Below the pieces are notes generated by a model, which was given only the letters and a program-made list of their open reading frames with translations, was not told the origin of the DNA and did not search any database. From Acidimicrobiales bacterium (lineage in GTDB: Bacteria; Actinomycetota; Acidimicrobiia; Acidimicrobiales; Bog-793), in contig JBKQMT010000110.1 in assembly GCA_052146595.1 (NCBI GenBank), positions 14,275 to 78,274 of the forward strand: 64,000 nucleotides of DNA, given 5' to 3'. Each line of letters starts with the position of its first letter. Positions within the stretch are counted from its first letter, which is position 1. A program made the translations under genes and the position numbers. Shown piece by piece: positions 1 through 8,934 of this stretch.

Positions 1-941
1 GCGGCGGCACCGGGCGGGAACGCCTCGTTCAGCCTGCTCAAGTCGTCGGGCGTGAGCAGGACGTCATCGGCCGCAGCGTTCTCCTCGAGGTACGAGCGGC
101 GCTTGGTCCCAGGGATCGGGACGACGTCGTCGCCCTGGGCGAGCACCCAGGCGAGAGCGAGCTGGCCGGGCGTGATGCCCTTTTCCGCGGCGATCTCCCG
201 GACCCGGTCGACCAGGATCAGGTTCTTCACGAAGTTGTCCCCGGCAAAACGCGGGTTGTGGCGCCGGAAGTCGTCGGGAGCAAGGTCGTCGGTCGTCTGG
301 ATCGAGCCGGACAGGAATCCCCGGCCCAAGGGGGAGTAGGCTACGAAACCGATCCCGAGCTCGCGCACCGTCTCCAGCACCCCGTTGATCTCCGGGTCGC
401 GGGTCCAAAGCGACCATTCGGTCTGGAGCGCCGTGATCGGGAACCGGGCGTGCGCCCGACGGATCGTCTCCGGCGCCGCCTCGGAGAGCCCGAGATAGCG
501 GACCTTGCCCGCCGCGACCAGTTCGGCCATGGCGCCGACGGTCTCCTCGATCGGCGTGTCGGGGTCCACCCGGTGCTGGTAGTAGAGGTCGATGTGGTCC
601 ACGCCGAGACGCCCGAGCGAGGCGTCGCAAGCCCTGAGCACGTACTCCGGCCGGCCGTTGATGCCGAGGCGGGTCCCGTCGGGCCTGCGCTCGTTGCCGA
701 ACTTGGTCGCCACCACGACCTCGTCACGGCGTCCGGCGATGGCGCGGCCGACGAGCTTCTCGTTGGTGAACGGCCCGTACATGTCCGCCGTGTCGAGAAG
801 CGAGATCCCGAGATCGAGCGCCCTGCGGATCGTGGCGATCGACTCCTCCTCGTCGCCGGGACCGTAGAACTCCGACATTCCCATGCAGCCGAGGCCCTGG
901 GCCGACACGGTGAGTCCCTGACCGAGTGTTCTTGTTCGCAT
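1..941 (-). CDS. aldo/keto reductase (C-terminus runs off the window start)
   Basis: Reverse translation from the ATG at 941 gives [68 protein letters not shown]..., a typical AKR N-terminus. The frame stays open to base 1, which is why it is absent from the ORF track. Confidence 0.85.
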   Translation of the reverse strand, partial: MRTRTLGQGLTVSAQGLGCMGMSEFYGPGDEEESIATIRRALDLGISLLDTADMYGPFTNEKLVGRAIAGRRDEVVVATKFGNERRPDGTRLGINGRPEYVLRACDASLGRLGVDHIDLYYQHRVDPDTPIEETVGAMAELVAAGKVRYLGLSEAAPETIRRAHARFPITALQTEWSLWTRDPEINGVLETVRELGIGFVAYSPLGRGFLSGSIQTTDDLAPDDFRRHNPRFAGDNFVKNLILVDRVREIAAEKGITPGQLALAWVLAQGDDVVPIPGTKRRSYLEENAAADDVLLTPDDLSRLNEAFPPGAA

Positions 942-1178
942 AGCTACCTTTTACCGGATGGCGGGCCCGGTTGGAACACCCCCGCCAACCTCGGCGGTCC
1001 GCGCCCCGGCCCGCGCCCCGGCTCGCGCTGCCCGCGCCCCGGCCCGCGCTGCCAGCGCCCCGGGTCACCCGGCCTTGCGCCCGAGGCCAAAGGTGGCGCA
1101 AAGTTCGTCTTGGGGCACCGGGCCCGCTGGGCTTGGCCCGCGACCCCGGTGCAGGGCCCTTCGGACAGGAGCAGCAGC

Positions 1179-1661
1179 GTGGAGCTGGTCGTCGTACCCA
1201 TCGAAAAGCCGGAAGACCTCAATGTCATCCTGGGCCAGGCGCACTTCGTGAAGACGGTCGAGGACCTCCACGAGGCCCTCGTCGGTTCGAGCCCGCACCT
1301 GCGCTTCGGGCTGGCGTTCTGCGAGGCGTCGGGCAAGCGCCTGGTGCGCCGTTCGGGCAACGACCCCGAGCTCGTGGACCTGGCCGTCCGCAACGCGCTG
1401 GCGCTGGGAGCCGGCCACTGCTTTGTCGTCCTCGTTCGCGAGGGCTACCCGGTGAACGTGCTCAACCAGCTCAAGCAGGTCCCCGAGGTCTGCACCATCT
1501 ACTGCGCCAGCGCGAATCGTGTCGAGGTCGTGCTCGCCGAGACCGATTTCGGCCGCGGCGTCCTCGGTGTCATCGACGGCTCGTCGCCCGCCGGTGTGGA
1601 GACCGACGAGGACGTGGCCGAGCGCAAGTCCTTGCTCCGCGCCATCGGCTACAAGCTTTGA
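1179..1661 (+). CDS. adenosine-specific kinase family protein (PF04008-like)
   Basis: The C-terminal 160 aa of ORF 258..1661, from the in-frame GTG at 1179, read VELVVVPIEKPEDLNVILGQAHFVKTVEDLHEAL...FCEASGKRLVR...GAGHCFVVLVREGYPVNVLN...AERKSLLRAIGYKL. This matches the family I recall. The upstream part of the ORF is a GC-rich repeat, not protein-like. Confidence 0.8.
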   Translation: MELVVVPIEKPEDLNVILGQAHFVKTVEDLHEALVGSSPHLRFGLAFCEASGKRLVRRSGNDPELVDLAVRNALALGAGHCFVVLVREGYPVNVLNQLKQVPEVCTIYCASANRVEVVLAETDFGRGVLGVIDGSSPAGVETDEDVAERKSLLRAIGYKL

Positions 1662-1695
1662 GCCGGCCCCGTCGTCCCGATAGGTCACCTCGCGC

Positions 1696-2196
1696 ATGTC
1701 CCACGCACTGATCGTCTTCCGGCACTCGAAGTCCGACTGGTCGGCCGACTACGGCGGCTCTGACCTGGACCGGCCCTTGGCGAAACGTGGCCGGAAGGCA
1801 GCCAAGGTGGCCGGTCGCTTCCTGGCCGACACCGATGCGGTACCAGATGCGGTCATCTGTTCTCCGGCCTTGCGGGCGAGGGCCTCCCTCGCCCTGGCTT
1901 GCGAGGCCAGAGAGTGGGACTCGTCTGTGCGCGAGTCCGCGGCGCTGTACGACGGCGGTCTCGAGGGTCTGCTCGGAGAGGTCAGAAAAGAGCCGGAGAC
2001 GACCCAGTTGCTCATGGTGATCGGTCATGAGCCGACTTGCTCAGAAACGGTCGGTTTCCTTATCGGCGGCGGTCGTGTGCGGATGCCGACGGCGGCGCTC
2101 GCCCGCGTCGAGCTCCTCGTCGACGATTGGGGTGAGGTCGCTGAGGGCACCGGCGTGCTGTCGTGGCTCGTCGTGCCCCGCCTCATGGAACCCTAG
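1696..2196 (+). CDS. histidine phosphatase family protein (SixA-like)
   Basis: The N-terminus LIVFRHSKSDW carries the RHG-type catalytic motif, and GHEP appears later. Length is 166 aa. Confidence 0.75.
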   Translation: MSHALIVFRHSKSDWSADYGGSDLDRPLAKRGRKAAKVAGRFLADTDAVPDAVICSPALRARASLALACEAREWDSSVRESAALYDGGLEGLLGEVRKEPETTQLLMVIGHEPTCSETVGFLIGGGRVRMPTAALARVELLVDDWGEVAEGTGVLSWLVVPRLMEP

Positions 2197-2251
2197 ACGC
2201 GTGACTTTCGCCTCTAGCCGAAGCGACATCAGGGCGCCAAATTCCCTTACG

Positions 2252-3193
2252 GTGAGCCCTACGCCCGTCCTCGAGTGTGCCGGCCTCACCAAGAGCTTCG
2301 GCAGCCGCCTCGCCGTCGACGGCGTCGGCTTTCGCATCTGCGAAGGCGAGGTGTACGGCCTGCTCGGGCCGAACGGCGCCGGAAAGACGACGACGATGAA
2401 GATGGTGTGCGGCCTCTTGCAGCCCGACAAGGGGACCATCTCGATCGCCGGTAAGGAGGCGATCGGCAACCTCGAGGTGAAGTTCCTCATCGGCTACGTT
2501 CCCCAAGACGTCGCCCTCTACCCCGATCTCACCGCCCGCGAGAACCTCGCCTTCCTCGCCAGGCTCTACAAGCTCGGGCGGCGGACCGTCGCTGCCAGGG
2601 TGGACGAGGCGCTCGAGCTGACCGAGCTGAGCGACAGGCGGGACGACAGGATCGACTCGTTCTCCGGGGGCATGAAGCGGCGCCTGAACATCGCCGCCGG
2701 ACTCCTCAACCACCCGAAGCTGCTCGTGCTGGACGAGCCGACGGTCGGTGTCGACCCCCAGAGCCGCCACGCCATCTTGGAGAGGGTGCAGGCCTTCGGG
2801 CGCGAGGGCCTCGCCGTCGTGTACACCACGCACTACATGGAAGAGGCCGAACGGGTCTGCGACCGGGTCGGCATCATCGACCACGGTCATCTGATCGCGG
2901 AGGGGACACGGCGCGAGTTGGTGGCCCAGCTCGGTGAGCAGGACCGCATCGAACTCAGCGCGTCCGGGAACCTCGATCGCCTCGCCGAGGCGTGCCGTTC
3001 CGTCGACGGCGTGAGCAGCGCCGCCACGGCGGACAACTCCGTGCACCTCGTCGCCACCGGTGGCCGTCACCTGCTGCCGGCCGTTTTGGAGGCCGCCGAC
3101 GCGGCCGGCATCGCGGTGACGAGTGTGGAAGTCGTCGAGCCTGACCTCGAGGCGGTCTTCTTGCATCTCACCGGCACGGCCCTGCGGGAGTGA
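2252..3193 (+). CDS. ABC transporter ATP-binding protein (ABC-2/DrrA-like)
   Basis: Walker A GPNGAGKTT, signature FSGGMKRRL and Walker B LLVLDEPT are present. The start was trimmed to the in-frame GTG at 2252; GTG 2201 is also possible. Confidence 0.9.
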   Translation: MSPTPVLECAGLTKSFGSRLAVDGVGFRICEGEVYGLLGPNGAGKTTTMKMVCGLLQPDKGTISIAGKEAIGNLEVKFLIGYVPQDVALYPDLTARENLAFLARLYKLGRRTVAARVDEALELTELSDRRDDRIDSFSGGMKRRLNIAAGLLNHPKLLVLDEPTVGVDPQSRHAILERVQAFGREGLAVVYTTHYMEEAERVCDRVGIIDHGHLIAEGTRRELVAQLGEQDRIELSASGNLDRLAEACRSVDGVSSAATADNSVHLVATGGRHLLPAVLEAADAAGIAVTSVEVVEPDLEAVFLHLTGTALRE

Positions 3194-3200
3194 GGCGCCG

Positions 3201-4370
3201 GTGCGCACAGCCCTCGCCATCGCCCGAAAGGACTTGCGCCAGCGCATCCGCGACCGATCGGCCATCGTCGTGGGGGTCATCGCCCCGGTCGCGATCGCCG
3301 GGCTCATGAGCCTCGCCTTCAACGGCATGAACAGCTTCCACTTCACCTTGGGGCTGGTCGAGCTGGACCACGGCCCGGTGGCGGTCGAGCTGGCGAAGGC
3401 CCTCGAGGCCCCTCAGCTGCGTCAGGTCGTCACCGTCAGCGAGGTCAGCTCGACGGCGCTCGCCCGCGCGGAGATAAAGAGCGGCTATTTGGGAGCGGCT
3501 CTGGTGATCCCGGCGGGGTTCTCCGCGGCTGTCACCGGTGAGCACCCCGAGTCTCTCACGACCCTCAGCTCGAACGACGGCTCGATCGTCGGCAGCGTGA
3601 CGACGTCCATCGCCTCGTCGTTCGTGGCGCAGGTGAACGCCGATCGTCTCGCCTTCGCGACCGCTCTCGCCGCAGGCGCGCCTAGAGGCGACGCTGCCCA
3701 GCTGATAGGCGTCGTCTCGAAGCTCCACATCCCCCTGCAGGCCGTGCAGCAGGCCGTCGGCGCCCATGAGCTGAAGGTGATCAGCTACTACAGCCCAGGC
3801 ATGGGCGTCTTCTTCTTGCTGTTCACCATCAGTTACGCGTCCCGCAGCTTCTTCGTCGACCGCTCTCAGGGCATGATCGAGCGCATGCGGGCCGCCCCGG
3901 TCAGTCCCGTCGAGATACTGCTCGGAAAGGCGCTGTCGGTGTTCGTCTACGGGGTCGTCAGCCTGGCGACGATCGGTGTCGTCACGACTGCGGCCTTCGG
4001 CGCCGACTGGGGTGCGCCACTGCCTGCCGCCCTCGTCGGCCTGGCGCTTGTCTTCTCCGTGATCTGCCTCACCGCCCTGGTGATAGGCGTCGCTCGGACG
4101 CAACGCCAAGCCGAGGGGATCTCCTCGATCCTCGTGTTCGGCCTGGCACTGCTCGGGGGTGACTTCTTTTTCATCTCGAGCGCACCTTCGACCATCAAGC
4201 ATTTGGCGCTGCTCACCCCCAACGGGTGGGCGATCCGCGGCTTCACCGATCTTGCGACCATCGGGGGAGGGCTCGGCACGATCGTCGAGCCCGTGGTGGC
4301 GATTCTCGTCATCAGCGCCGTGATCGGCGCTATCGCCCTCAGCCTCGCCCGCCGGGCGGTGACGGCGTGA
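3201..4370 (+). CDS. ABC-2 type transporter permease (large extracytoplasmic loop after TM1)
   Basis: It starts at GTG 3201, just after the ATPase stop. The layout is an N-terminal TM, a loop of about 150 aa, then a cluster of 5 TM helices, as in the YbhR/YbhS type. Confidence 0.8.
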   Translation: MRTALAIARKDLRQRIRDRSAIVVGVIAPVAIAGLMSLAFNGMNSFHFTLGLVELDHGPVAVELAKALEAPQLRQVVTVSEVSSTALARAEIKSGYLGAALVIPAGFSAAVTGEHPESLTTLSSNDGSIVGSVTTSIASSFVAQVNADRLAFATALAAGAPRGDAAQLIGVVSKLHIPLQAVQQAVGAHELKVISYYSPGMGVFFLLFTISYASRSFFVDRSQGMIERMRAAPVSPVEILLGKALSVFVYGVVSLATIGVVTTAAFGADWGAPLPAALVGLALVFSVICLTALVIGVARTQRQAEGISSILVFGLALLGGDFFFISSAPSTIKHLALLTPNGWAIRGFTDLATIGGGLGTIVEPVVAILVISAVIGAIALSLARRAVTA

Positions 4371-5533
4371 GGGCGGTCGCCATCGCCAGGGCCTCGGGTC
4401 GCCGCCTGCTGCGCGACCACGTCGCCCTGTTCTTCCTGATAGTTCTGCCGATCGTCGTCATCGTCATCGTCGGCGCGGTCGCCCAGGGGTTCAACACCTT
4501 CCGCGTCGGAGTGGTCGACCTAGACGGGACCCAAGCCAGTCGCCAGCTGCTAGCCGAGCTCAGCCACGCCTCGGGCCTGGCGGTCAGCGATTATCCCAAC
4601 CTCACCTCGCTCGAAAAGGCCGTGGGGCGTTCGGAGATCAGTGCCGGTGTCGTGATCCCTCGCGGGCTGAGCAGCGACGAGCGCCGTGGGAGGGCGGTGA
4701 CCGTCGCCGTCATGGCTGAGCAGGCGAACAGCACCCAGCAGGCGGCGGCGACGCAGGTCGCCTCGGTCGTCGACGACTTCGGGGCCAAGGTCCAGGCCGC
4801 TCAGTTCGCCACCCGCTACGGGGGCAGTTTCACCCAGGACCTGAGCCGGGCGGCCTCGCTCGAGTCGAGCACGCCGCGCGTCAAGTTGACCTCGCGGGTG
4901 GTGCAGACGAGTCAGGGGTCTCTCCCGCCGGGATATGAGTACAGCGCGCCGACCGAGCTCGTGCTATTCGTCTTCCTGATGGCGATCGCCAGCGGCGCGA
5001 CCATTGTCGAGACGCGGCGCCTGGGCATGTTCGAGCGGATGTCCGCGGCACCTGTGCGCCCACGGACCATCATCGCCGGCGAGTCGATCACCTACATCCT
5101 CATCGCCGCCGGGCAGTCCCTCGTCATCGTCGCGATCGGAGCTCTCGTGTTCGGCGTGTCGTGGGGCAACCCCCTGGCGGCAGGCGCCTTGCTCGTCTTG
5201 TGGTGCCTTGTCGGCGCCAGCGCCGGCATGGTCGCGGGCACGTTCTTCCGGACACCCGAGCAGGCGAGCGCCATGGGCCCTGTCGTCGGGATCGTGTTCG
5301 CCATGCTCGGCGGGTGCATGTGGCCGCTCTCGATCGTCTCGAGAACAATGCGCGAGATCGGCCACGCCACGCCCCAGGCCTGGGCGGTCGACGCCTGGAC
5401 CAGCCTCTTGTCGAACCACGGCGACATAGTCACGATCTCGCGCGACCTCGGTGTCCTCGCCCTTTTCGCTCTCGGCTTCTTCGCCCTGGCAACCTTCAGG
5501 CTCAAGGCGATGCTCGCCGCCCGGGGGGCCTGA
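4367..5533 (+). CDS. ABC-2 type transporter permease (second subunit)
   Basis: The GTG at 4367 overlaps the TGA of the previous gene (GTGA). It has the same architecture as the preceding permease. Confidence 0.8.
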   Translation: MRAVAIARASGRRLLRDHVALFFLIVLPIVVIVIVGAVAQGFNTFRVGVVDLDGTQASRQLLAELSHASGLAVSDYPNLTSLEKAVGRSEISAGVVIPRGLSSDERRGRAVTVAVMAEQANSTQQAAATQVASVVDDFGAKVQAAQFATRYGGSFTQDLSRAASLESSTPRVKLTSRVVQTSQGSLPPGYEYSAPTELVLFVFLMAIASGATIVETRRLGMFERMSAAPVRPRTIIAGESITYILIAAGQSLVIVAIGALVFGVSWGNPLAAGALLVLWCLVGASAGMVAGTFFRTPEQASAMGPVVGIVFAMLGGCMWPLSIVSRTMREIGHATPQAWAVDAWTSLLSNHGDIVTISRDLGVLALFALGFFALATFRLKAMLAARGA

Positions 5534-5651
5534 GCGGCCGCCTCGAAACCACCAGCTTCGGGGCACGACGCGCAAATTGGAGATCGGTGCCTCGTCGCCG
5601 TCTTCGCCAGCGCGGTGGCCGTCTTGCCGGCGGGCCGAGCAGTCTGCGTGG

Positions 5652-5804
5652 TCAGTGCAAGCCGGAGGACGCGAACAAATAGAGGTCGAACATGGCGATG
5701 CTGCTCGTCACGACCATGAGGGCGAGCACGACCGTGTGGTAGGGGCGCCTCGTTGCCGAACGGGGCTTGTCGAAAGATCCTCGGGTGCGTGCGAGCCGCC
5801 TCAC
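5652..5804 (-). CDS. small (50 aa) single-TM protein, translationally coupled to the upstream membrane protein
   Basis: It is not in the ORF track because it is under 60 aa. The GTG at 5804 overlaps the TGA (5803..5801) of the 364-aa gene, and an AGGAGG lies 5 nt upstream. The peptide is VRRLARTRGSFDKPRSATRRPYHTVVLALMVVTSSIAMFDLYLFASSGLH. Confidence 0.35.
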   Translation of the reverse strand: MRRLARTRGSFDKPRSATRRPYHTVVLALMVVTSSIAMFDLYLFASSGLH

Positions 5805-6895
5805 GGGCTCCTCCTGAGAAACTCAGTCCAACTTGCGGCCTCGCGGCCACTTTCCTCTGGCAGCTCTGAGGCGCCCGTAAGGCCCGGCCCTTCGGGCTTG
5901 ACCGGGTGCGAGAACAGCTCCTGGCGACGGTCGACGAGCAGGAGCACCTGGCGTGCGATCACGAGCAAGGCGAGCCCGAAGCCGCTCAGCCACGAGACTC
6001 GGTCGACCTGGTGGTGAAGCTCGAGCTCGACGGCCATGACCGAAAGCGCCAGGAGGACCGGCACATAGGGCGTGACGAACGAGATGAGCGATGCCTCGAC
6101 CGGCTCGTGGGACGTGGCGCGCGCCGCGAGCCCGGCATCGCTGGATGCCCCCACGGCAATGGCGAGGTAGCCCAGCACCCAGCCGGTGTCGACGACGTTG
6201 CCCGTCGCGTAGCGGCCGACCTCGACGAGGTAGGCGTAGGTGCTGTCGGAGACTGCCATGGCGAAGAGCCCCAAGAGCACCCACAACAGCGGTCGGCGGC
6301 CCGTGGCCGTGATGGAACGGACCGAGAGGACGACGAGGAAGAGGATGACCAGGTCTCCGAAGGGGTAGGTAAGCGCCACGACACCGCCGGCGGTCGAGAG
6401 GTCGCTGTGGCGCCACAGCGGGCCGAGCACGAAGGTCCAGCTCAACAACAGCAGCGAAGTGCCGATCGCCAGTCCGTCGAGGGTCGCTCGCGCCTTGTAG
6501 CTTCCGGTCGCCTGCATGCCGGGATGGCACAAGAGCGCCGCTGCCGCCAGCGGGATCGCGCCGAGATAGCCGACGTCTGCCCATGACGGCACCGGTACCG
6601 CGACGCGAAGGACGAGGTCGTATACCCCCCATGTCACCTCGGCCGAGGTCCAGGCCAAGAGGGCCAGGCCGAGGAGGACCCAGAAGCGCCGCTCCGGGCC
6701 GCTTTGGCGCCCCGCCGCCAGAATGCACGCCACACAGGCGCTCAATGCCGCCAGAGCCGTGACGATGTCGTCGAAGTAGCGGACCCCGGTGCCACCCCCG
6801 ACGTGCAGTACCAGCCAGAATAGGAACACCAAGGTGACCGCAAAGGCACCGGCCGTCGTGGAGAGCTCTGCACGACGAAAGCTGGCGGCTCGCAC
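5801..6895 (-). CDS. polytopic integral membrane protein, unknown function
   Basis: The 364-aa ORF has about 9-10 hydrophobic helices and high GC3. It resembles the membrane sensor modules found N-terminal to actinobacterial signalling proteins, but no output domain is present. Confidence 0.7.
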   Translation of the reverse strand: MRAASFRRAELSTTAGAFAVTLVFLFWLVLHVGGGTGVRYFDDIVTALAALSACVACILAAGRQSGPERRFWVLLGLALLAWTSAEVTWGVYDLVLRVAVPVPSWADVGYLGAIPLAAAALLCHPGMQATGSYKARATLDGLAIGTSLLLLSWTFVLGPLWRHSDLSTAGGVVALTYPFGDLVILFLVVLSVRSITATGRRPLLWVLLGLFAMAVSDSTYAYLVEVGRYATGNVVDTGWVLGYLAIAVGASSDAGLAARATSHEPVEASLISFVTPYVPVLLALSVMAVELELHHQVDRVSWLSGFGLALLVIARQVLLLVDRRQELFSHPVKPEGPGLTGASELPEESGREAASWTEFLRRSP

Positions 6896-7167
6896 GTGGT
6901 ACTTATCGGCAGATCTGCTCCCCGCGCGGAGCAGATCGGGACCTTTGTCCCTAATTTAGCCCGACGGCCGCGCTCGAGACATGTGCTGGCGTGGGGATCA
7001 AGACTCGGCGTGCGTCGTGACCGACGGTCGTCTGACTCAGGCCAGGAGCGGGAGGAGGTGCTCGGTGACGATCTCGAGCTGAACTTGTGGGTTCTGGCTG
7101 AGGAGCTCTATGGCGAAGGCGGTGGCGCCGGCCTCGACGAGCCTGGGTGGGCTGGCGTGGCAAAGCA

Positions 7168-7173
7168 TATAAT
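7168..7173 (+). promoter_or_regulatory. consensus -10 hexamer TATAAT inside a 40-bp AT-rich island
   Basis: The stretch gcaaagcaTATAATattggtagaaaaagtaATG lies 17-50 nt upstream of the candidate rhodanese starts. No good -35 element was seen. Confidence 0.4.
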
Positions 7174-7222
7174 ATTGGTAGAAAAAGTAATGATTCGAGG
7201 GGCTGCGGTTAAGATCAGCCTT

Positions 7223-8089
7223 GTGACCCGATATGAACAGCTGATCGACGCGCCGGCGCTTTGCCGAGAAGCCGGCGACCGCCACCTCAGGATCATCGAC
7301 GCGACGGCATTCCTCCGCCGCGAGGTCGCAGACGGCCCCTACACCGTTGAGAGCGGTCGGCGAAGCTACGACGCGGCCCACATCCCCGGGGCCGTGTTCG
7401 CCGACATCCCCGGTGAGCTGTCAGACCCCGACTCCCCGTTTCCCTTCACCCTTCCGTCGCCGGAAAGATTTGCCCGGGTGATGGGAGAGCTCGGTGTGGG
7501 GCCGGACACGCGCGTCGTCGCCTACGCGCAGGAGTCGCCCATGTGGGCGTCCAGGTTGTGGTGGCTGCTGCGCTATTTCGGCTTCGACGACGTGCGTGTG
7601 CTCGACGGCGGTCTGCCGGCGTGGCGCCGGGCGGGATTCGCGATGAGCTCGGTGTCGCCGGCCGTGGAGCCGGCGAGGTTCGTCGCCCGTCCACGTCCGG
7701 AACTTCTGGCCACCAAGGACGACGTCATCGCCGTCGTGGGCGGGCGACCGGCGTGCCTCGTCAATGCGCTCACGGCGAAGGCCTTTAGGGGGGAAGGGAC
7801 CGCCTACAGTAGGCCCGGCCGGATCCCCGGATCGCTGAGCGCGCCGGCACATGACCTCGTCGACCCGGATACGGGGTGCTTCCGACGGCGTGAAGAGCTG
7901 GTAGGTGAGCTGGCTGGCCTGCTCCAGCTCGATCCGGAGATCCCCGTGATCGCCTACTGCGGTGGCGGCATCTCGGCAACGGTCGACCTGTTCGCGCTCT
8001 CGCTGCTCGGCCGCGACGATGTGCGTCTCTACGACGGGTCGCTCACCGAGTGGAGCGCGGACCCGAGACTTCCCCTCGAGGTGGGCTGA
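7223..8089 (+). CDS. tandem-rhodanese sulfurtransferase (3-mercaptopyruvate/thiosulfate type)
   Basis: There are two rhodanese domains, with active-site loop AYCGGGISA in the second. The start is set at the in-frame GTG 7223 (VTRYEQLID...). ATG 7190 is an alternative. The 6896 start of the track ORF is not credible. Confidence 0.85.
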   Translation: MTRYEQLIDAPALCREAGDRHLRIIDATAFLRREVADGPYTVESGRRSYDAAHIPGAVFADIPGELSDPDSPFPFTLPSPERFARVMGELGVGPDTRVVAYAQESPMWASRLWWLLRYFGFDDVRVLDGGLPAWRRAGFAMSSVSPAVEPARFVARPRPELLATKDDVIAVVGGRPACLVNALTAKAFRGEGTAYSRPGRIPGSLSAPAHDLVDPDTGCFRRREELVGELAGLLQLDPEIPVIAYCGGGISATVDLFALSLLGRDDVRLYDGSLTEWSADPRLPLEVG

Positions 8090-8092
8090 GGG

Positions 8093-8746
8093 TTGTCCAA
8101 AGCGATTGTCTTCGACTGTGACGGCGTGCTCGTCAACAGCGAGCCGGCATGGTTCACCGGCATCGTGACCGTGTTCGCCCGCCACGGGATCCACCGAGTC
8201 GCCACCGGCGCGGCGTCGGGGCTTTACGGGGGATCCGTGCGCGACGCGGCTTCGTTCCTGGAACGCGAGGTCGGAGAGCCTCTCGACGTTGACGAAGTCG
8301 TCCGGGAGATCCACGAGGCGATCCTCGCCGCCATTGCCGAAGGTGTGCGGGCGATGGACGGCGCGATCGAGCTGCTCCTGACAGTTCGCGGCTCCCGGCC
8401 GCTGGCGGTTGCGTCCAACGGCTCCATGGAGACAGTCGAGGCAGCGATGGGGATCGCCTCCATCCCGGCCGTGTTCGACGCCATAGTCGCGCTCGAACCT
8501 CCGCTTCGGCCCAAGCCGGCGCCCGATCTGTACCTTCGCGCCTGCGAGCGCATCGGCGTGCAACCGGCGCACGCCATCGCCGTCGAGGACTCCGTGACGG
8601 GGGCGCTGGCGGCGCGCGCCGCCGGCCTGACGGTTGCCGGAGTTGGAGAGGCGCCCGGGCTCGGAGACATTGCGGACCTGGTCGTGCCCAGTCTCTTGGA
8701 CACGCGGCTCCTGGACTTGCTGGAGCTCGGAACACTCCAGCTGTAA
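8093..8746 (+). CDS. HAD-IA family hydrolase (beta-phosphoglucomutase-like)
   Basis: It carries motif I (DCDGVLVNSE) at IVFDCDGVLVNSE and a later acidic EDS/DxxxD-type motif. It has a TTG start. Confidence 0.8.
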   Translation: MSKAIVFDCDGVLVNSEPAWFTGIVTVFARHGIHRVATGAASGLYGGSVRDAASFLEREVGEPLDVDEVVREIHEAILAAIAEGVRAMDGAIELLLTVRGSRPLAVASNGSMETVEAAMGIASIPAVFDAIVALEPPLRPKPAPDLYLRACERIGVQPAHAIAVEDSVTGALAARAAGLTVAGVGEAPGLGDIADLVVPSLLDTRLLDLLELGTLQL

Positions 8747-8934
8747 GGACCGCTCCGGGGCCGACATGAGACGCGGCGCGCCCTCACACGGGTCGGCTCC
8801 GGCGCCTGAGCAGCCCCGGAGCAGCCAGGCGCCAGACGGTCGCCGGGGTCGGCTCCGGCGCCTGATCAGCACAGCACCAGGCCAGGACGGGCTGGTCCAA
8901 CCGCACCGGACGGCCGTACCCCCATACGGTTCGT

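Noticed and set aside
258-1178. N-terminal 307 aa of track ORF 258..1661. Similar long N-terminal extensions occur in ORFs 2027, 3123, 4226, 6896, 16412, 58010, 59026 and 61124.
   Set aside because: The extensions overlap upstream genes in other frames or cross repeat or intergenic DNA. They exist only because stops are rare. Starts were trimmed to in-frame ATG/GTG/TTG codons where the recognisable protein begins, often at 4-nt overlaps.
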